DNA from: Macrostomum lignano
Lineage: Eukaryota
Assembly (NCBI GenBank): GCA_002269645.1
Contig: NIVC01002073.1
Location: 66,175-130,174, forward strand
Direction of reading: 5' to 3'
DNA: 64,000 nucleotides
In this document: positions 51,901 through 64,000 of the stretch, piece after piece
How the letters are laid out: the number at the start of each line of letters is the position of its first letter
Numbering within the stretch: position 1 is the stretch's first letter
Made by a program: the position numbers and the translations under genes
The notes under the pieces: generated by a model
What the model saw: the letters and a program-made list of their open reading frames with translations, nothing else
What the model was told of the DNA's origin: nothing
The model's database searches: none

Positions 51901-54082
51901 CGCCGCGCAATAGCTGCGGCTGAGCTTTCGGTTGCACATCTGTCCATTAGGGAAGATGTAATCAATTATTTCTCTAAGTAAAAAGAATTAATTTCTGGTA
52001 GCTCAGCTCCAGTCTATATTTGTTTCGCATTCGTAATCATGTAGATTGTACATTCGAAGCAAAGCATACTACTTGTGTACAATTCCTTTTATACTGTGTC
52101 TTATAAGCGTCAGAATTACGTACAGTGCCATTCGGCATCCTGAATCCAAACTCATTAGAATCAATAAAATCATCAGAATATGAACTACAGAAAATACGGA
52201 ATTTCAAGGCCACATTACAAACAAACGTGGGCTACAAGCCATACGCTCGTACTACGAGTAGTATGCTTTAAAGGGCCTGAAATTTGAGTCATAACAGTTG
52301 ATCAATTATGTTTATATTAAACTGATACAAAACTGATTGTGAGATTGTGTGCTGATAAATTAATAGCAGTTAATTAGCGGTTAAATCAGCTCGGACAGCA
52401 ACTATCTAATATAAACCATAAATAATTATAGTAGCAACCTCTTTATTACTCACTGAGCCGTTAAAAAGTAAATTTTAAACGCAATCTAAAGCGTAAATAG
52501 CGAATTCAAAAAGAAACTGAATGATATTAGATTGTAAGTCACACAGTTAAGTTTAATTTTATAATTGGTAATTATGTTTGACAAAACGTGACAAACTCGC
52601 TTATTAAAGTGACATTATTTTGTATATCTGCAACAAATTAACGGTTTGAAACTAAAATTACCTCTTCTTCAGACTGAAAAATGAATTGAGAAGTCACTAC
52701 TAATTATCAAGACCAATTTAAATTGAATTAAAAAAAGAAAATAACTAACTGAAGTGGACTAACTCAGCTGAAATGGACGCTTCTGTTTACCCAGGAAATG
52801 ACACTACTTACCCAGGAAATGACACTATTTACCCAGGAAATGACACTATTTACCCAGGAAATGACACTATTTACCCAGGAAATGACACTGTTTACCCAGG
52901 AAATGACACTGTTTACCCAGGAAATGACACTGTTTACCCAGGAAATGACACTGTTTACCCAGGAAATGACACTGTTTACCCAGGAAATGACACTGTTCAC
53001 CCAGGAAATGACACTATTTACCCAGGAAATGACACTATTTACCCAGGAAATGACACTATTTACCCAGGAAATGACACTATTTACCCAGGAAATGACACTA
53101 TTTACCCAGGAAATGACACTATTTACCCAGGAAATGACACTGTTTACCCTGAAAATGACACTGTTTACCCAGGAAATGACACTATTTACCCAGGAAATGA
53201 CACTATTTACCCAGGAAATGACACTATTTACCCAGGAAATGACACTGTTTACCCAGGAAATGACACTATTTACCCAGGAAATGACACTATTTACCCAGGA
53301 AATGACACTATTTACCCAGGAAATGACACTATTTACCCAGGAAATGACACTATTTACCCTGAAAATGACACTATTTACCCAGGAAATGAGACTATTTACC
53401 CAGGAAATGACACTATTTACCCAGGAAATGACACTATTTACCCAGGAAATGACACTATTTACCCAGGAAATGACACTATTTACCCAGGAAATGAGACTAT
53501 TTACCCAGGAAATGACACTATTTACCCAGGAAATGACACTATTTACCCAGGAAATGACACTGTTTACCCTAAAAATGACACTATTTGCCCTAGAAATGAC
53601 ACTTTTAGCCCTGGTAATGACACTATTTATGACCACCTAGATATCACCCTATTTGACCAATCGGAAATGGCACGGGAAATGGAATGATACTATTGCCAAT
53701 TTCACTGACACTGATGAGTACCTGCAAACACCTTACAAATAGCTCATAATTAGCTTACCTCTCTCAAGCAGGCGGCCGACTTTTCATTAGACTCCCTACA
53801 GAAGGCCAGCATATCGAGTTTCTCTTGTTCGCCCTGCTCCAACTGTTCAAGCAACTGTTTCACTTGGCGCAGCAGGTCGACTCGCTCCCGCTTCAAGTCC
53901 TCAATCTCCTTACAGGTCCGCTGCGCAGCACTGTCGGGGCCGTCAGAGACGGACAATTCAACGCTGGAATCGTCGCTATCCGATGAATCTTCGCCGCTAC
54001 TGCTGGCTGAGGCGCTGCCATCTTCGTCTGTTAGCTTCTGATTGTTATTATTATTTGCAGACGACTTATTGTTGGTTGTCAT
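48909..54082 (-). CDS. Kazrin/liprin-family protein (N-terminal coiled coil plus three SAM domains), 4 exons, ~679 aa
   Basis: Exons 54082-53759, 51462-50860, 50340-49622, 49302-48909; phases consistent (2040 nt). SAM1 LSRWRAEHVAAW...VKSGDIL...LHRRRLRLAI; SAM2 LDCVWLASQLLPSLGL...VDCSLL; SAM3 YWSANCLHSW...ESGLHGAYLV. Most similar to kazrin, judged from memory. Confidence 0.85.
50350..50730. repeat. 19-23-bp minisatellite in kazrin-like intron 2
   Basis: Unit gtcactgactggactata(ga)gt. Confidence 0.92.
51558..51968. mobile_element. Head-to-head tRNA-SINE dimer under a single 13-bp TSD
   Basis: Minus-strand copy 51558-51818 has A box tagcctagtgg and B box gttcgattc. A plus-strand 3' half lies at 51820-51968. 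tttctctaagtaa occurs at 51545-51557 and 51969-51981. Confidence 0.85.
52785..53620. repeat. 21-bp minisatellite in kazrin-like intron 1
   Basis: Unit tttacccaggaaatgacact(a/g), ~40 copies; explains ORFs at 52764-53687. Confidence 0.96.
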
Positions 54083-54749
54083 GGCAACTCTTCAATTAGG
54101 CTTCTTATATGTCTAGTGCAGAGAAAGATCCTTCTTTAGCAGTCGATAGGACAGGCAGAAACAATAGCCAATTGGCCAACTATGGAGCTGGCTGAATTCG
54201 CCATGAATTTGAATTATAGAACAATAATTAATTTGCACTACTGATGTCAGTAATACTAACAGCAAAAGACAATTTTTATTTCAAGAAACAATTAACTACA
54301 ACTTGATTAAATGCCTAATTCAGAATTTACTTTGCTATTTAAATTACTAATATATACGACTTCAATACTAGCTTCAATGACACTAAGGCAACTGGGCTAA
54401 TAAACAAAGCCAACGCACTCACTCACACTTGTCTTAAAGTCTGCCAATAAATATAAAAAACAGCAGGCATGCAGATTAGCCCATTTACTAATTAGTTAAG
54501 TCTGCAATACAACCGAACAAGCAAAGTGAAATCAATCACAAATAATCAGTAGTTGAAGCAATAGTATTTGAGCAATAAATAACAAAGCTGAGACCGACGT
54601 TAAGGTAGGGAAAATAATTCACAAGTTTGCATTGCCATCGATATTTAAATGCGCACGGCTTAGTTGACAAGCAAATTTTACAGCAAATAAATGTTCATTT
54701 CTACTATTGCTCTACTTAGTAAGTAGCAACACAAGCACATTGAAGACAT

Positions 54750-57700
54750 TCACTCGGAAAAGTCGGCTTGATCAACAAATTCTAACAAAGATTTCTCCTC
54801 GGCGCGAACAAATCGATATAGCAATTCAGCCAAATTATCGTGACACCTGTCCATCTGGGCGGCCATTCTAGCATCGAATCCGACAGCTGTAGGCTTCTTC
54901 TCATCGGCATTAACTGGCGGGAACAGGTTCAGCTCGATACCTGCGCTATTATGCAACAATGCCAGTTCCTCAATGGTCTCGGGTAGGATGACGTAATCAG
55001 CAAATTGTGGGCAATATTTGAAGCTGGAGCGCCCTCTGATTAGATTCAATAGCGCGTCTAGCTGGTGCTGGCGCTGCTGCTGTCCCTCGGTTTCTTCGTC
55101 TGGCCAGTCCCGCTGCAGCAGCACCAGACAGTGGCCGATGAGGCAGTCTGGCGCATCGCTAGAGCTGTCAGCCCGGCTGGCTAAGCCAACTAGAAGATCC
55201 GCCAAGGTGGCCACCAGCAGGCGCAGCGCCAGGCCGCAGGTTAGCGGCGCGAGGCACGGCGCCGCGGCCGGAGGTTGAGCGTCGGCTAGCGAGATGGCGG
55301 GCGCCGGTGACGAGAGAGATATCAGGCTGCCATCGGACGGCGACAGGGCTTGGCAGCAGGCCAGGAGCGGGCGGACTGAGGCGGCCTGTGCGATAGATAA
55401 AAGTACACAGTTTTAAAGTGCAAAACTGAGTAAAACTGATGATAGATAGATAGACGCTGCATAAATATGTAATTGTGTCTAACAGGGACTAATAGAAGAT
55501 CATTAGACAGGTGTAACTATGGATCAAACAGGATTCTGGTGAGACTAAATATCTAACAGGATCAGATTGAGGATTAGCAGAGGTCACTAACTTTTTACCT
55601 GCCCAAATGGGCAGATGTGCAACCGACAGCTCAGCCGCAGCTATTGCGCAGCGCACCTGAGGCTGCGTACGGCTGTTCAGTCCAAGGACGGGTTGAGGGT
55701 CGCCACACACCCTCAATTACCCCAGCTAATGCTGGCACCCATTTTACAGCTCATGGGTGAACTGAAGCAATGCAGAGTTAAGTGTCTTGCTCAAGGACAC
55801 AATTTGTTCCAGTGGGGTCGAGAATCGAACCCCCGACCTTTTAGTCGTGAGCTCGATGCTCTAACCACTAGGCTACAAACCATCTACGCCGCTAAATATC
55901 TAACAGGAACATGTGTGGGATCATCAGAGATGGTGTTAACAAACCATAGCTCCCTGCAGCTGAAGGCACTGAGCCTCATAATAGAGCCTGTGCTCAGTAG
56001 GCCAAGCCCCCGGCCCTGACGCAAGCAGGCGCAGCTCCTTCAAGCAGGCAGCCGGCTGTCCAATGTACAGCAGGTGCTCAGACACGATGCTATCTAACCA
56101 AGCCAGCCTGACAGCGCCCCGACGCTGCAGTCGATCCTTGATCGAATCAATTCTTCGCTGCAATTCCGGCCAATCCCGTATTAGCCAAACAATATTGCTG
56201 GCCGATAAAAAAGCTTTAGAGGCTTCGCGGCGAGCAATTGAAACTGTTGGCATTTGCAGTTTGTCGGCTACTGGGCGAAGGCAGTGCAACAGTAGGATGG
56301 CGTGACTGGACGAAGCGCTCTCCAAGTTGGACGCGTCGATGCCCTGGTGAGCAGTTGCCGACGTGACTGACTGTGGCGACGTTGGAGGCGTTGGCGATGT
56401 TGAACCCGACTGCTGCCGGGCCAGACGGTAAAATCGATTGGCGGCTTCCGCTAGAAGAAGCAGACTAACTGCGGCCAGAGACTTGATCTAGTGGAGGAAA
56501 ATATTTGGAAATCGCATCTAATCATGTCTTTGTCCAGACGCAAAATGGCATCTCTTTTATGCATAATAAACCCAATCTAAACGACATCTAGCGATAACAA
56601 ATGGCACCTAGCGATTACAAATGGCACGTCCTAGCGATAGCAAATGGCACCTAGCGATTACAAATGGCACTTAGCGATTACAAATGGCACCTAGCGATAG
56701 CAAATGGCACCTAGCGATAACAAATGGTACCTGGTAGGAAAAAATGGTGTTAACCGATAACAAATGGCACCTAGCGATAACAAATGGCACCTGGTAAAAA
56801 CAAATGGCACCTAGCGATAACAAATGGCACCTAGCGATAACAAATGACACCTAGCGATAACAAATGGCACCTAGCGATAACAAATGCCATCTAGCGATAA
56901 AAAATGACATCTAGCGATAACAAATCTTCTACCAATACTAAATTCTTCTTAATACTATGACTACATTAATGTCCGTCAGTTCTCGAGTAAATAAATAAAT
57001 GTAAAGTTTAAGCACCTGATTAGAATCCAATTCTGAACTAGCTGCAGCCGATAGTACAGAATCCGGCTGCCCTCTGGCCAGCTGATGCAACTGCAGGCCC
57101 AGCTGGTGGCACAGCCTATCAGCCAGTTGGCGGCCAGCTACCGGCCAAGAATTGCCAGATAGTTGCCAGCTGTCCAGCAGTGCTTGCTGCTGCTGCTGTG
57201 CAGAGCCCACAGCAACGTAAAATTCCATAGACATTGTTAACAACTTTCGAAGTAATTTTGAACTTAATTGCACGCTGCCACTACTTGCATTGGCGCCGTC
57301 TAGTAGTACGGGAAGCACATCCACAACTAGGCATTTTCGATGCTTGTTGAGCACTGTGTCTTCGCAAGAGTCCTACAAAAGTAGAGCGATGGGGATAGGT
57401 TATAGATCGCAGGCATTAAAAAACTGGTCGAGTTTTGAGTTACATCAAAATGCCAACTACGTCAACTGAATCAACTAAACCGGCACTGGAATGGCATCTC
57501 CCCAGACCGAAATGGCACCTCTTTACACTGAAATTGCATCTCTCCACACTGAAATGGCATCTCTCCACACTGAAGTGGAATCTTTCCAAACTGAAATGCC
57601 ATCTCTAAACAGACATGGCACCTCTCCACACTGAAATGGCATCTCTAAACAGACATGGCATCTCTCCACACTAAAATGGCATCTCTAAACAGACATGGCA

Positions 57701-60410
57701 TCTCTCCACGACTCCACACTGAAATGGCACTCTCCACACTGAAGTGGAATCTTTCCAAACTGAAATGCCATCTCTAAACAGACATGGCACCTCTCCACAC
57801 TGAAATGGCATCTCTAAACAGACATGGCATCTCTCCACACTAAAATGGCATCTCTAAACAGACATGGCATCTCTCCACGACTCCACACTGAAATGGCACT
57901 CTCCACACTGAAGTGGAATCTTTCCAAACTGAAATGCCATCTCTAAACAGACATGGCACCTCTCCACACTGAAATGGCATCTCTAAACAGACATGGCATC
58001 TCTCCACACTAAAATGGCATCTCTAAACAGACATGGCATCTCTCCACACTGAAGTGGAATCTCTCCACATTGAAATGCCATCTCTAAACAGACATGGCAC
58101 CTCTCCACACTGAAGTGGAATCTCTCCACATAGAAATGCTATCTCTAAACAGACATGGCATCTCTCCACACTGAAGTGGAATCTCTCCACATAGAAATGC
58201 TATCTCTAAACAGACATGGCACCTCTCCACACTGAAGTGGAATCTCTCCACATTGAAATGAATGAAATGAATGAATGAATGAATGAAAATGAAATGAATC
58301 TCTCCACACTGAAGTGGCATCTCTCTACACTGAAGCGGCATCTCTCCACACTGAAATGGAATCTTTCCAAACTGAAATGCCATCTCTAAACAGACATGGC
58401 ACCTCTCCACAGAGAAATGCCATCTCTAAACAGACATGGCATCTCTCCACACTGAAGTGGAATCTCTCCACATAGAAATGCTATCTCTAAACAGACATGG
58501 CATCTCTCCACACTGAAGTGGAATCTCTCCACATAGAAATGCTATCTCTAAACAGACATGGCACCTCTCCACACTGAAGTGGAATCTCTCCACATTGAAA
58601 TGAATGAAATGAATGAATGAATGAATGAAAATGAAATGAATCTCTCCACACTGAAGTGGCATCTCTCTACACTGAAGCGGCATCTCTCCACACTGAAATG
58701 GAATCTTTCCAAACTGAAATGCCATCTCTAAACAGACATGGCACCTCTCCACAGAGAAATGCCATCCCTAAACAGACATGGCATCTCTCCACACTGAAGT
58801 GGAATCTCTCCACATTGAAATGCCATCTCAAAACAGACATGGCATCTCTCCACACTGAAGCGGCATCTCTCCACACTGAAATGGAATCTTTCCAAACTGA
58901 AATGCCATCTCTAAACAGACATGGCATCTCTCCACACTGAAGTGGAATCTCTCCACATTGAAATGCCATCTCTAAACAGACATGGCATCTCTCCACACTG
59001 AAGTGGCATCTCTCCACACTGAAATTGAATCTTTCCAAACTGAAATGCCATCTCTAAACAGACATGGCACCTCTCCACATTGAAATGCCATCTCTAAACA
59101 GACATGGCATCTCTCCACACTGAAGTGGAATCTCTCCACACTGAAGTGGAATCTCTCCACATTGAAATGCCATCTCTAAACAGACATGGCACCTCTACAT
59201 ACTGAAATGACATCTCTCCACACTGAAATGGAATCTCTCCACACTGAAATGGCATCTCTCCACACTGAAATGGAATCTCTCCACACTGAAATGGAATCTC
59301 TCCACACTGAAATGGAATCTCTCCACACTGAAATGGCATCTCTCCACACTGAAATGGCATTTCTCCACACTGAAATGGAATCTCTCCACACTGAAATGGC
59401 ATCTCTCCACACTGAAATGGAATCTCTCCACAGTGAAATGGCATCTCTCCACACTGAAATGGAATCTCTCCACACTGAAATGGCATCTCTCCACACTGAA
59501 ATGGAATCTCTCCACACTGAAATGGAATCTCCACACTGAAATGGAATCTCTCCACACTGAAATGGCATCTCTCCACACTGAAATGGCATTTCTCCACACT
59601 GAAATGGAATCTCTCCACACTGAAATGGCATCTCTCCACACTGAAATGGCATCTCTCCACACTGAAATGGAATCTCTCCACACTGAAATGGAATCTCTCC
59701 ACACTGAAATGGCATCTCTTCAAACCTGAATAGCTGAAAACAATCAATACAGACACATCGAAGCAGCCTAGATATAGATTCAAGTGCTTGAACGGTTTGG
59801 ATTGCAAGGAACGAACCTGTTCAGCCGCTAGCAGAGCTTCAACAAGCGACGAGCCTTGCTGTGCAGCCACAGACGGATATTGTTGAATAGCGTAGAGCAA
59901 TAGGCCAGCCTGCTCTAGGGCGCTGCCAACTGATTGGCCATATTTCAGCAACAGCTCGCATTGCAGCCGGCCGGGCAGGCGGCCAAACAGTGCGGTTGAG
60001 GCGGCATCTCCATCAGCTTTAGTCACGCCTTCCAGTACTCGGCTGAGCTCCTGATAAAACAGCGCCTCGTTGGGATTTTCGGCGTACATTTGCATGAAAG
60101 CGGCCGCCGCCGCGTCCCAATCGGCTTCATCTCTGGCTAACTGATAGGCCCAGCGGCGAACTTTGAAACTGTCTCGCCAAAGGCATTTAGCCAGTGCCAG
60201 ATGACACCTGGCTAGCTGATAATCACCTTGGCTAGAGCGGGTTTCGATTGCTGAGCAGACGAAATCAACATCAGCTTCTAAGCGTTTCGATGCCGGTACT
60301 AATGGAGGCGGCTCGGTGGAACCTGATGAAGAAGATGGGGCAGAGGCTGGAGCCGAGGAACCAGACGATGGCGGTGCAGCTTTGCGCTTTAGCTTGTTTG
60401 ATGACGACAT
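54750..60410 (-). CDS. INTS10: Integrator complex subunit 10, 4 exons, ~709 aa
   Basis: Exons 60410-59817, 57372-57016, 56487-55945, 55385-54750, all phase 0 (2130 nt). LFGRLPGRLQCELLL, QQYPSVAAQQGSSLVEALLAAE, KCLVVDVLP, LIGHCLVLLQRDWP and FKYCPQFADYVILPETIEEL match INTS10 blocks. Confidence 0.9.
55595..55878 (-). mobile_element. Near full-length tRNA-derived SINE (INTS10 intron 3)
   Basis: Reverse complement reads tagcctagtggttagagc (A box)...ggttcgattctc (B box)...gtgtccttgagcaagacacttaac...cttcagttcaccc...gctgtaaaatggg, then the 3' tail shared with the other copies. Confidence 0.9.
56590..56930. repeat. 20-bp minisatellite in INTS10 intron 2
   Basis: Unit caaatggcacctagcgataa. Confidence 0.92.
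57490..59720. repeat. 20-21-bp minisatellite with higher-order structure in INTS10 intron 1
   Basis: Units tctctccacactgaaatgg(c/a)a and tctctaaacagacatggca; a 342-bp block is duplicated at 58084 and 58426. Confidence 0.95.
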
Positions 60411-61412
60411 TCCAAAGGAGAATAAATACAATGGCTGCACATAAAATGTTTCATTATTTGAGTTTATGCTCAATTATATTTTTTGTGCTTTTGTGAATTA
60501 TTTACATCATTGTTAAGTCGATGGCCTGAGTGGGTAGCTTTATAAAGCTATTGATAAAGTTCCTAATAAAGCTGTTGATGAAGAGCTGCCAATAAAGCTG
60601 TTAATGAAACAGCTGATATTGCTAACACTAATAAACTTGCATTAGCCTAAGACAGCTATTTACCTTTATTATAGATAATAAAAGCTGCAATATAAAATGT
60701 AACATGTCAAGTATTTCTCTAAATTCATTGTGTTCATTGCAATTTCCATTGAACATAGGCTATATTTAGGAAAATCTAGGCCTTTAAGCTAACAAAGCAA
60801 CAAAGCAGCTAATAGCCCTATTGCAGCCAGAGTTTGAATTGCTCTAGATGCCCCATGTAACAATCTTATTCTATATTTACCTGCAAAGCATTTGGCTTTT
60901 AGGTCATATTTTTAAAAAAGTTATTACTAGTTAGCTTATTGAAAAAGATTTTTGGTAACAACTACTTCAATGACAAGGTTTAGACTAGTTAGTAATAGCC
61001 TCAATCAAATCAGTGATATTGCTATAAATTATAAGACTTACTTAAGTAAATACAACTTATACATAAATAAGAATATATATATAGAAAGACTACATAGAAA
61101 GTATGTATCCCTCTACTTAAGTGCACATATCTCTTAAAATCCAAATCCAAATCAATCCTGGTTTAAGTCATTTTAAAGAAGAGGCATGCTGCTTTCAAAC
61201 GATACCAAACTTATGTCAATGCAACTTACCAAACGTTTGCTACAAGTAAAAGTAACACTACTTACTTTCCAGACACCTCTTATAGATTGTCTATTGCTGC
61301 TTTGATTATTACCTGATCAATATATTGCCAAATTCTCTTATTGCTAGATTGACTAGACTACAATCTAGAAGCTAAAAAGGTAATATCATTTGAAAAGAAT
61401 TAGCTAAGCTAG

Positions 61413-62090
61413 GGGCCTAGGTATCCACATTTTGGTGCTTGTGCTTTTTGGTGCCTAGTGTTTAAGTACCCCAGCTTGCTTTTTAGTGCCTAAATTATAA
61501 TTTAGAATTGGACACAAAAATATAGACAGTGAGCCCTAATTTAGCAATAAGTGCTTTGCTTTTGCAGTACTTATTTACTTTAAAAAACTAAGGTATTATT
61601 TAGTTTGTTAACTGACCTGGTATTTTAATTAAAAAAATAGTTTTATTTCATTTAATTTTTTCTCTAGTCTTGCATTCAATTCTCAAAAAAAAGATATGAT
61701 TCAAAAAAATCAATACTAAAATAGACAAGTTATATGGATTTCAATCAAAACTACATGTAGCATTATTAATAGATTTTATCTTTACCTAACTAAGTCTTCA
61801 TAGCATGCTTGCTAGGTATAGCCTTATATTTGTATAAATGATATAGCAAATATGTGCAATTAAATTGATTGGATTTTTTAAAACTAAAAAAAAACATACT
61901 AGTTTATCAAAATAAATACTAATCTTATTAAAAATATTAAACATTTAAAAAATTATTCCTTATGTTTGTTATAGGATTTTTTATTATCATCATTTTTGCA
62001 TTATAGATAAAGACGCTGAAAAGCAATCTGAGGCACCAAAATGCAGGGCACCAAAATGCATAGGCACCAAAATGCATAGAAACTAGGGCC
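61413..62090. mobile_element. Probable MITE (Mutator-like)
   Basis: Ends gggcctag / ctagggcc with inverted subterminal cattttggtgcc / ggcaccaaaatg repeats. Flanks taagctag and taagcatag are a possible 9-bp TSD with one indel. Confidence 0.55.
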
Positions 62091-62111
62091 TAAGCATAGG
62101 GGCCTAATATT

Positions 62112-62935
62112 GGCATACTTTCATTATAGAAGACCCAAAAATGCGTGACTTTTATAATGGAAGACCCATGGAAAAGGGGAAGAAATCAATCGAAAAACGA
62201 GCATTCACTAACAAAATGAAAGCGTAGCAAAAGTTAATTCCACACAAAGTTGATGCTTTAATTGACAGTGCTTAATTTCACACAAAGTTGTTATACTGTA
62301 ATCGCAAGCGTTTATTCCACCAATCTCATACCCAGCCTGTCAAACTAACCCAGCCTAGCACCCTCCCTCACCTTCAAAAAAGAAGACCCAACTCATTTCA
62401 CCTAAGTATTTACAACACTGAGGTCTTGCATTACGAAAGTAAGAGACCTTAATGTTAAACTTACTTCTGCAGAATTTCCAACAGGTAACCGACAATGAAC
62501 ATCGTGATGTCCATTGGGTGCAGCTTCGACCTCTCTTAAAAGCTTCTATATCCCCTACTTTTGTTTCAGAAGACCTTTAATGGATGCTTAACATTGTCAG
62601 TCTTTTAAAACGAAACTGTATATATCATAGAAAATGTACCCAAGGCCGACACAGGAAAACAAACCCTACGTTTCTGCAGCTTTTGTTGCTGCCACCCCTA
62701 CTACCTTCATTTTGGAAGACCTTCAATGAAATAGTAGCTTGACAGTCTTCTAAAACGAAACTGTAATATAAACTGTAATAAAGGACACACAAAGCCATTA
62801 AGAATAAACAAACAAAATAATAGACAACAATATAAAATATATAAGTAGCTTCTTATGTATTAGGCGGGTCTTCTTTTTTGAAACTGCCAGCTTCCTATTT
62901 AATACATAGAGGGTCTTCTAAAACAAAAGAATGCC
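62112..62935. mobile_element. MITE with GG termini and 8-bp TSD (Merlin- or Mutator-like)
   Basis: Imperfect 25-bp TIRs ggcatactttcattatagaagaccc / gggtcttctaaaacaaaagaatgcc. TSD ctaatatt at 62104-62111 and 62936-62943. GAAGACC motifs lie on the left and GTCTTC motifs on the right. Confidence 0.75.
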
Positions 62936-64000
62936 CTAATATTATAATTGTTTGTTATTTTGTTTTTAGTAAATTTAGATTTTTTAAGCAAAATCTTTTA
63001 TAGGCCTATTATAGGCCTACCTATACTTAAAAATGTTTGGCTTATATTAAATACTAGGCCTAGCTACCTAGAGGGGGCTTATCCTGACTCCCGTTGAGTC
63101 CTACTCCTAATCATAAATAAGGATTATATGCTGATTTCTAGCTAGACTATAGCCTAGGATTTCAAGTTACTTTTTCTTTTGTAATGTTTCAATTTCAAAA
63201 CAAAAACATTATCATTAGGGCCACTAACATCAAAATCAGCACAATAATATTGTAAGACAAGTAAGTGCAAAGTCATATGTCCTTAAATCAAATGACAAAT
63301 GCCAATCTGTTATCTGGGATGAAACTTCTCCAAAGAGCATAGAAAATCTGCATAAAATTCAAGCACCCACATATAGACCGGTAGACCCTAGTTGTAATTG
63401 TAATCAGCTGTTGTTTTGCAGGTAAAAACGTCTAATTTAAATTGGGAATTGCCTAATTGACTAGGCCTAACGACAATGGAAAGGAAATGAAAAGTTTCAA
63501 TGTACAAACATATTGTATTTATTTAAACATTGATAACAATCGATATTATTGTCCTGATTGTGAAAACACTAAATCGTATTCAATTTGAAACTGGACATTT
63601 CACATCAGAAATTTTTTAATATCATATTTGACAGTTATTAAAGACGATATTGTTATTTAATCGCATTTCTTTTTAGTCGCACGCGCACGTACGATCGGAG
63701 GGAATTCCGAGAGGAGGACTGAACAGTTGATTCCGATTTCATGCGGAATTTAAAAATGTTTTTATTTTAAAACTGACATTAAACAAAGCTGCTTATAACA
63801 GCTCATTCGTTAAGAAGATTTTATGACTTTATTGTTGCTTAGTGAATTTTATCGACTTTTTCACACAACGCAATATTTTTCTCAAGTATGTTTTCCTGTG
63901 AATAATACTCCTTGCTTTCTTAGAATGGGTCACTAATTTGAGGGGACGAGGCGTTGTTGGCATCGAAGGCATGCAATGACTAGAGCTCGGCACCGTACCG

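Noticed and set aside
59094-60473. 459-aa ORF as a single protein
   Set aside because: Only 60410-59817 is INTS10 exon 1; the rest is read-through into the intron 1 minisatellite.
63670-64000. Possible promoter or first exon of a plus-strand gene at the window end
   Set aside because: GC-richer patch with an ATG near 63977, but too little sequence to support a call.

Overview
Eukaryotic (metazoan) nuclear DNA with GT-AG spliced genes in the standard code. The GC-rich exons, very abundant 15-54 bp minisatellites and gene set suggest a free-living flatworm such as Macrostomum, but this is inference only. I rebuilt nine host genes by hand from splice sites and reading phase. Plus strand: the last exon of a CYTH-domain gene, a divergent 7-exon Rab GTPase, and a SAXO/FAM154-type ciliary microtubule protein. 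Minus strand, as a run of six co-oriented genes: INTS10, a kazrin/liprin-like 3xSAM protein, an ICT1/mL62-like protein lacking the GGQ motif, WDR5, AMMECR1 and nanos. The first 6.8 kb is a transposon cluster: a dead I-group LINE, a deleted CMC/EnSpm transposase, and an intact Crypton tyrosine-recombinase element with unusually structured ends. Rab intron 5 holds a 4-kb CMC-type element containing a Mutator MITE and a LINE 3' fragment, and all three have readable target-site duplications (TSDs). A tRNA-derived SINE occurs in five copies, two forming a head-to-head dimer under one TSD. About 26 minisatellite arrays fill introns and spacers and account for nearly all the long low-complexity ORFs in the track. 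The strongest leads are the Crypton end architecture, the GGQ-less ICT1 paralog, the splice-site-decoy minisatellite introns, the nanos exon 1/2 phase conflict and the double-3'-end SINE insertion. No database searches were run; family calls rest on motif recognition.
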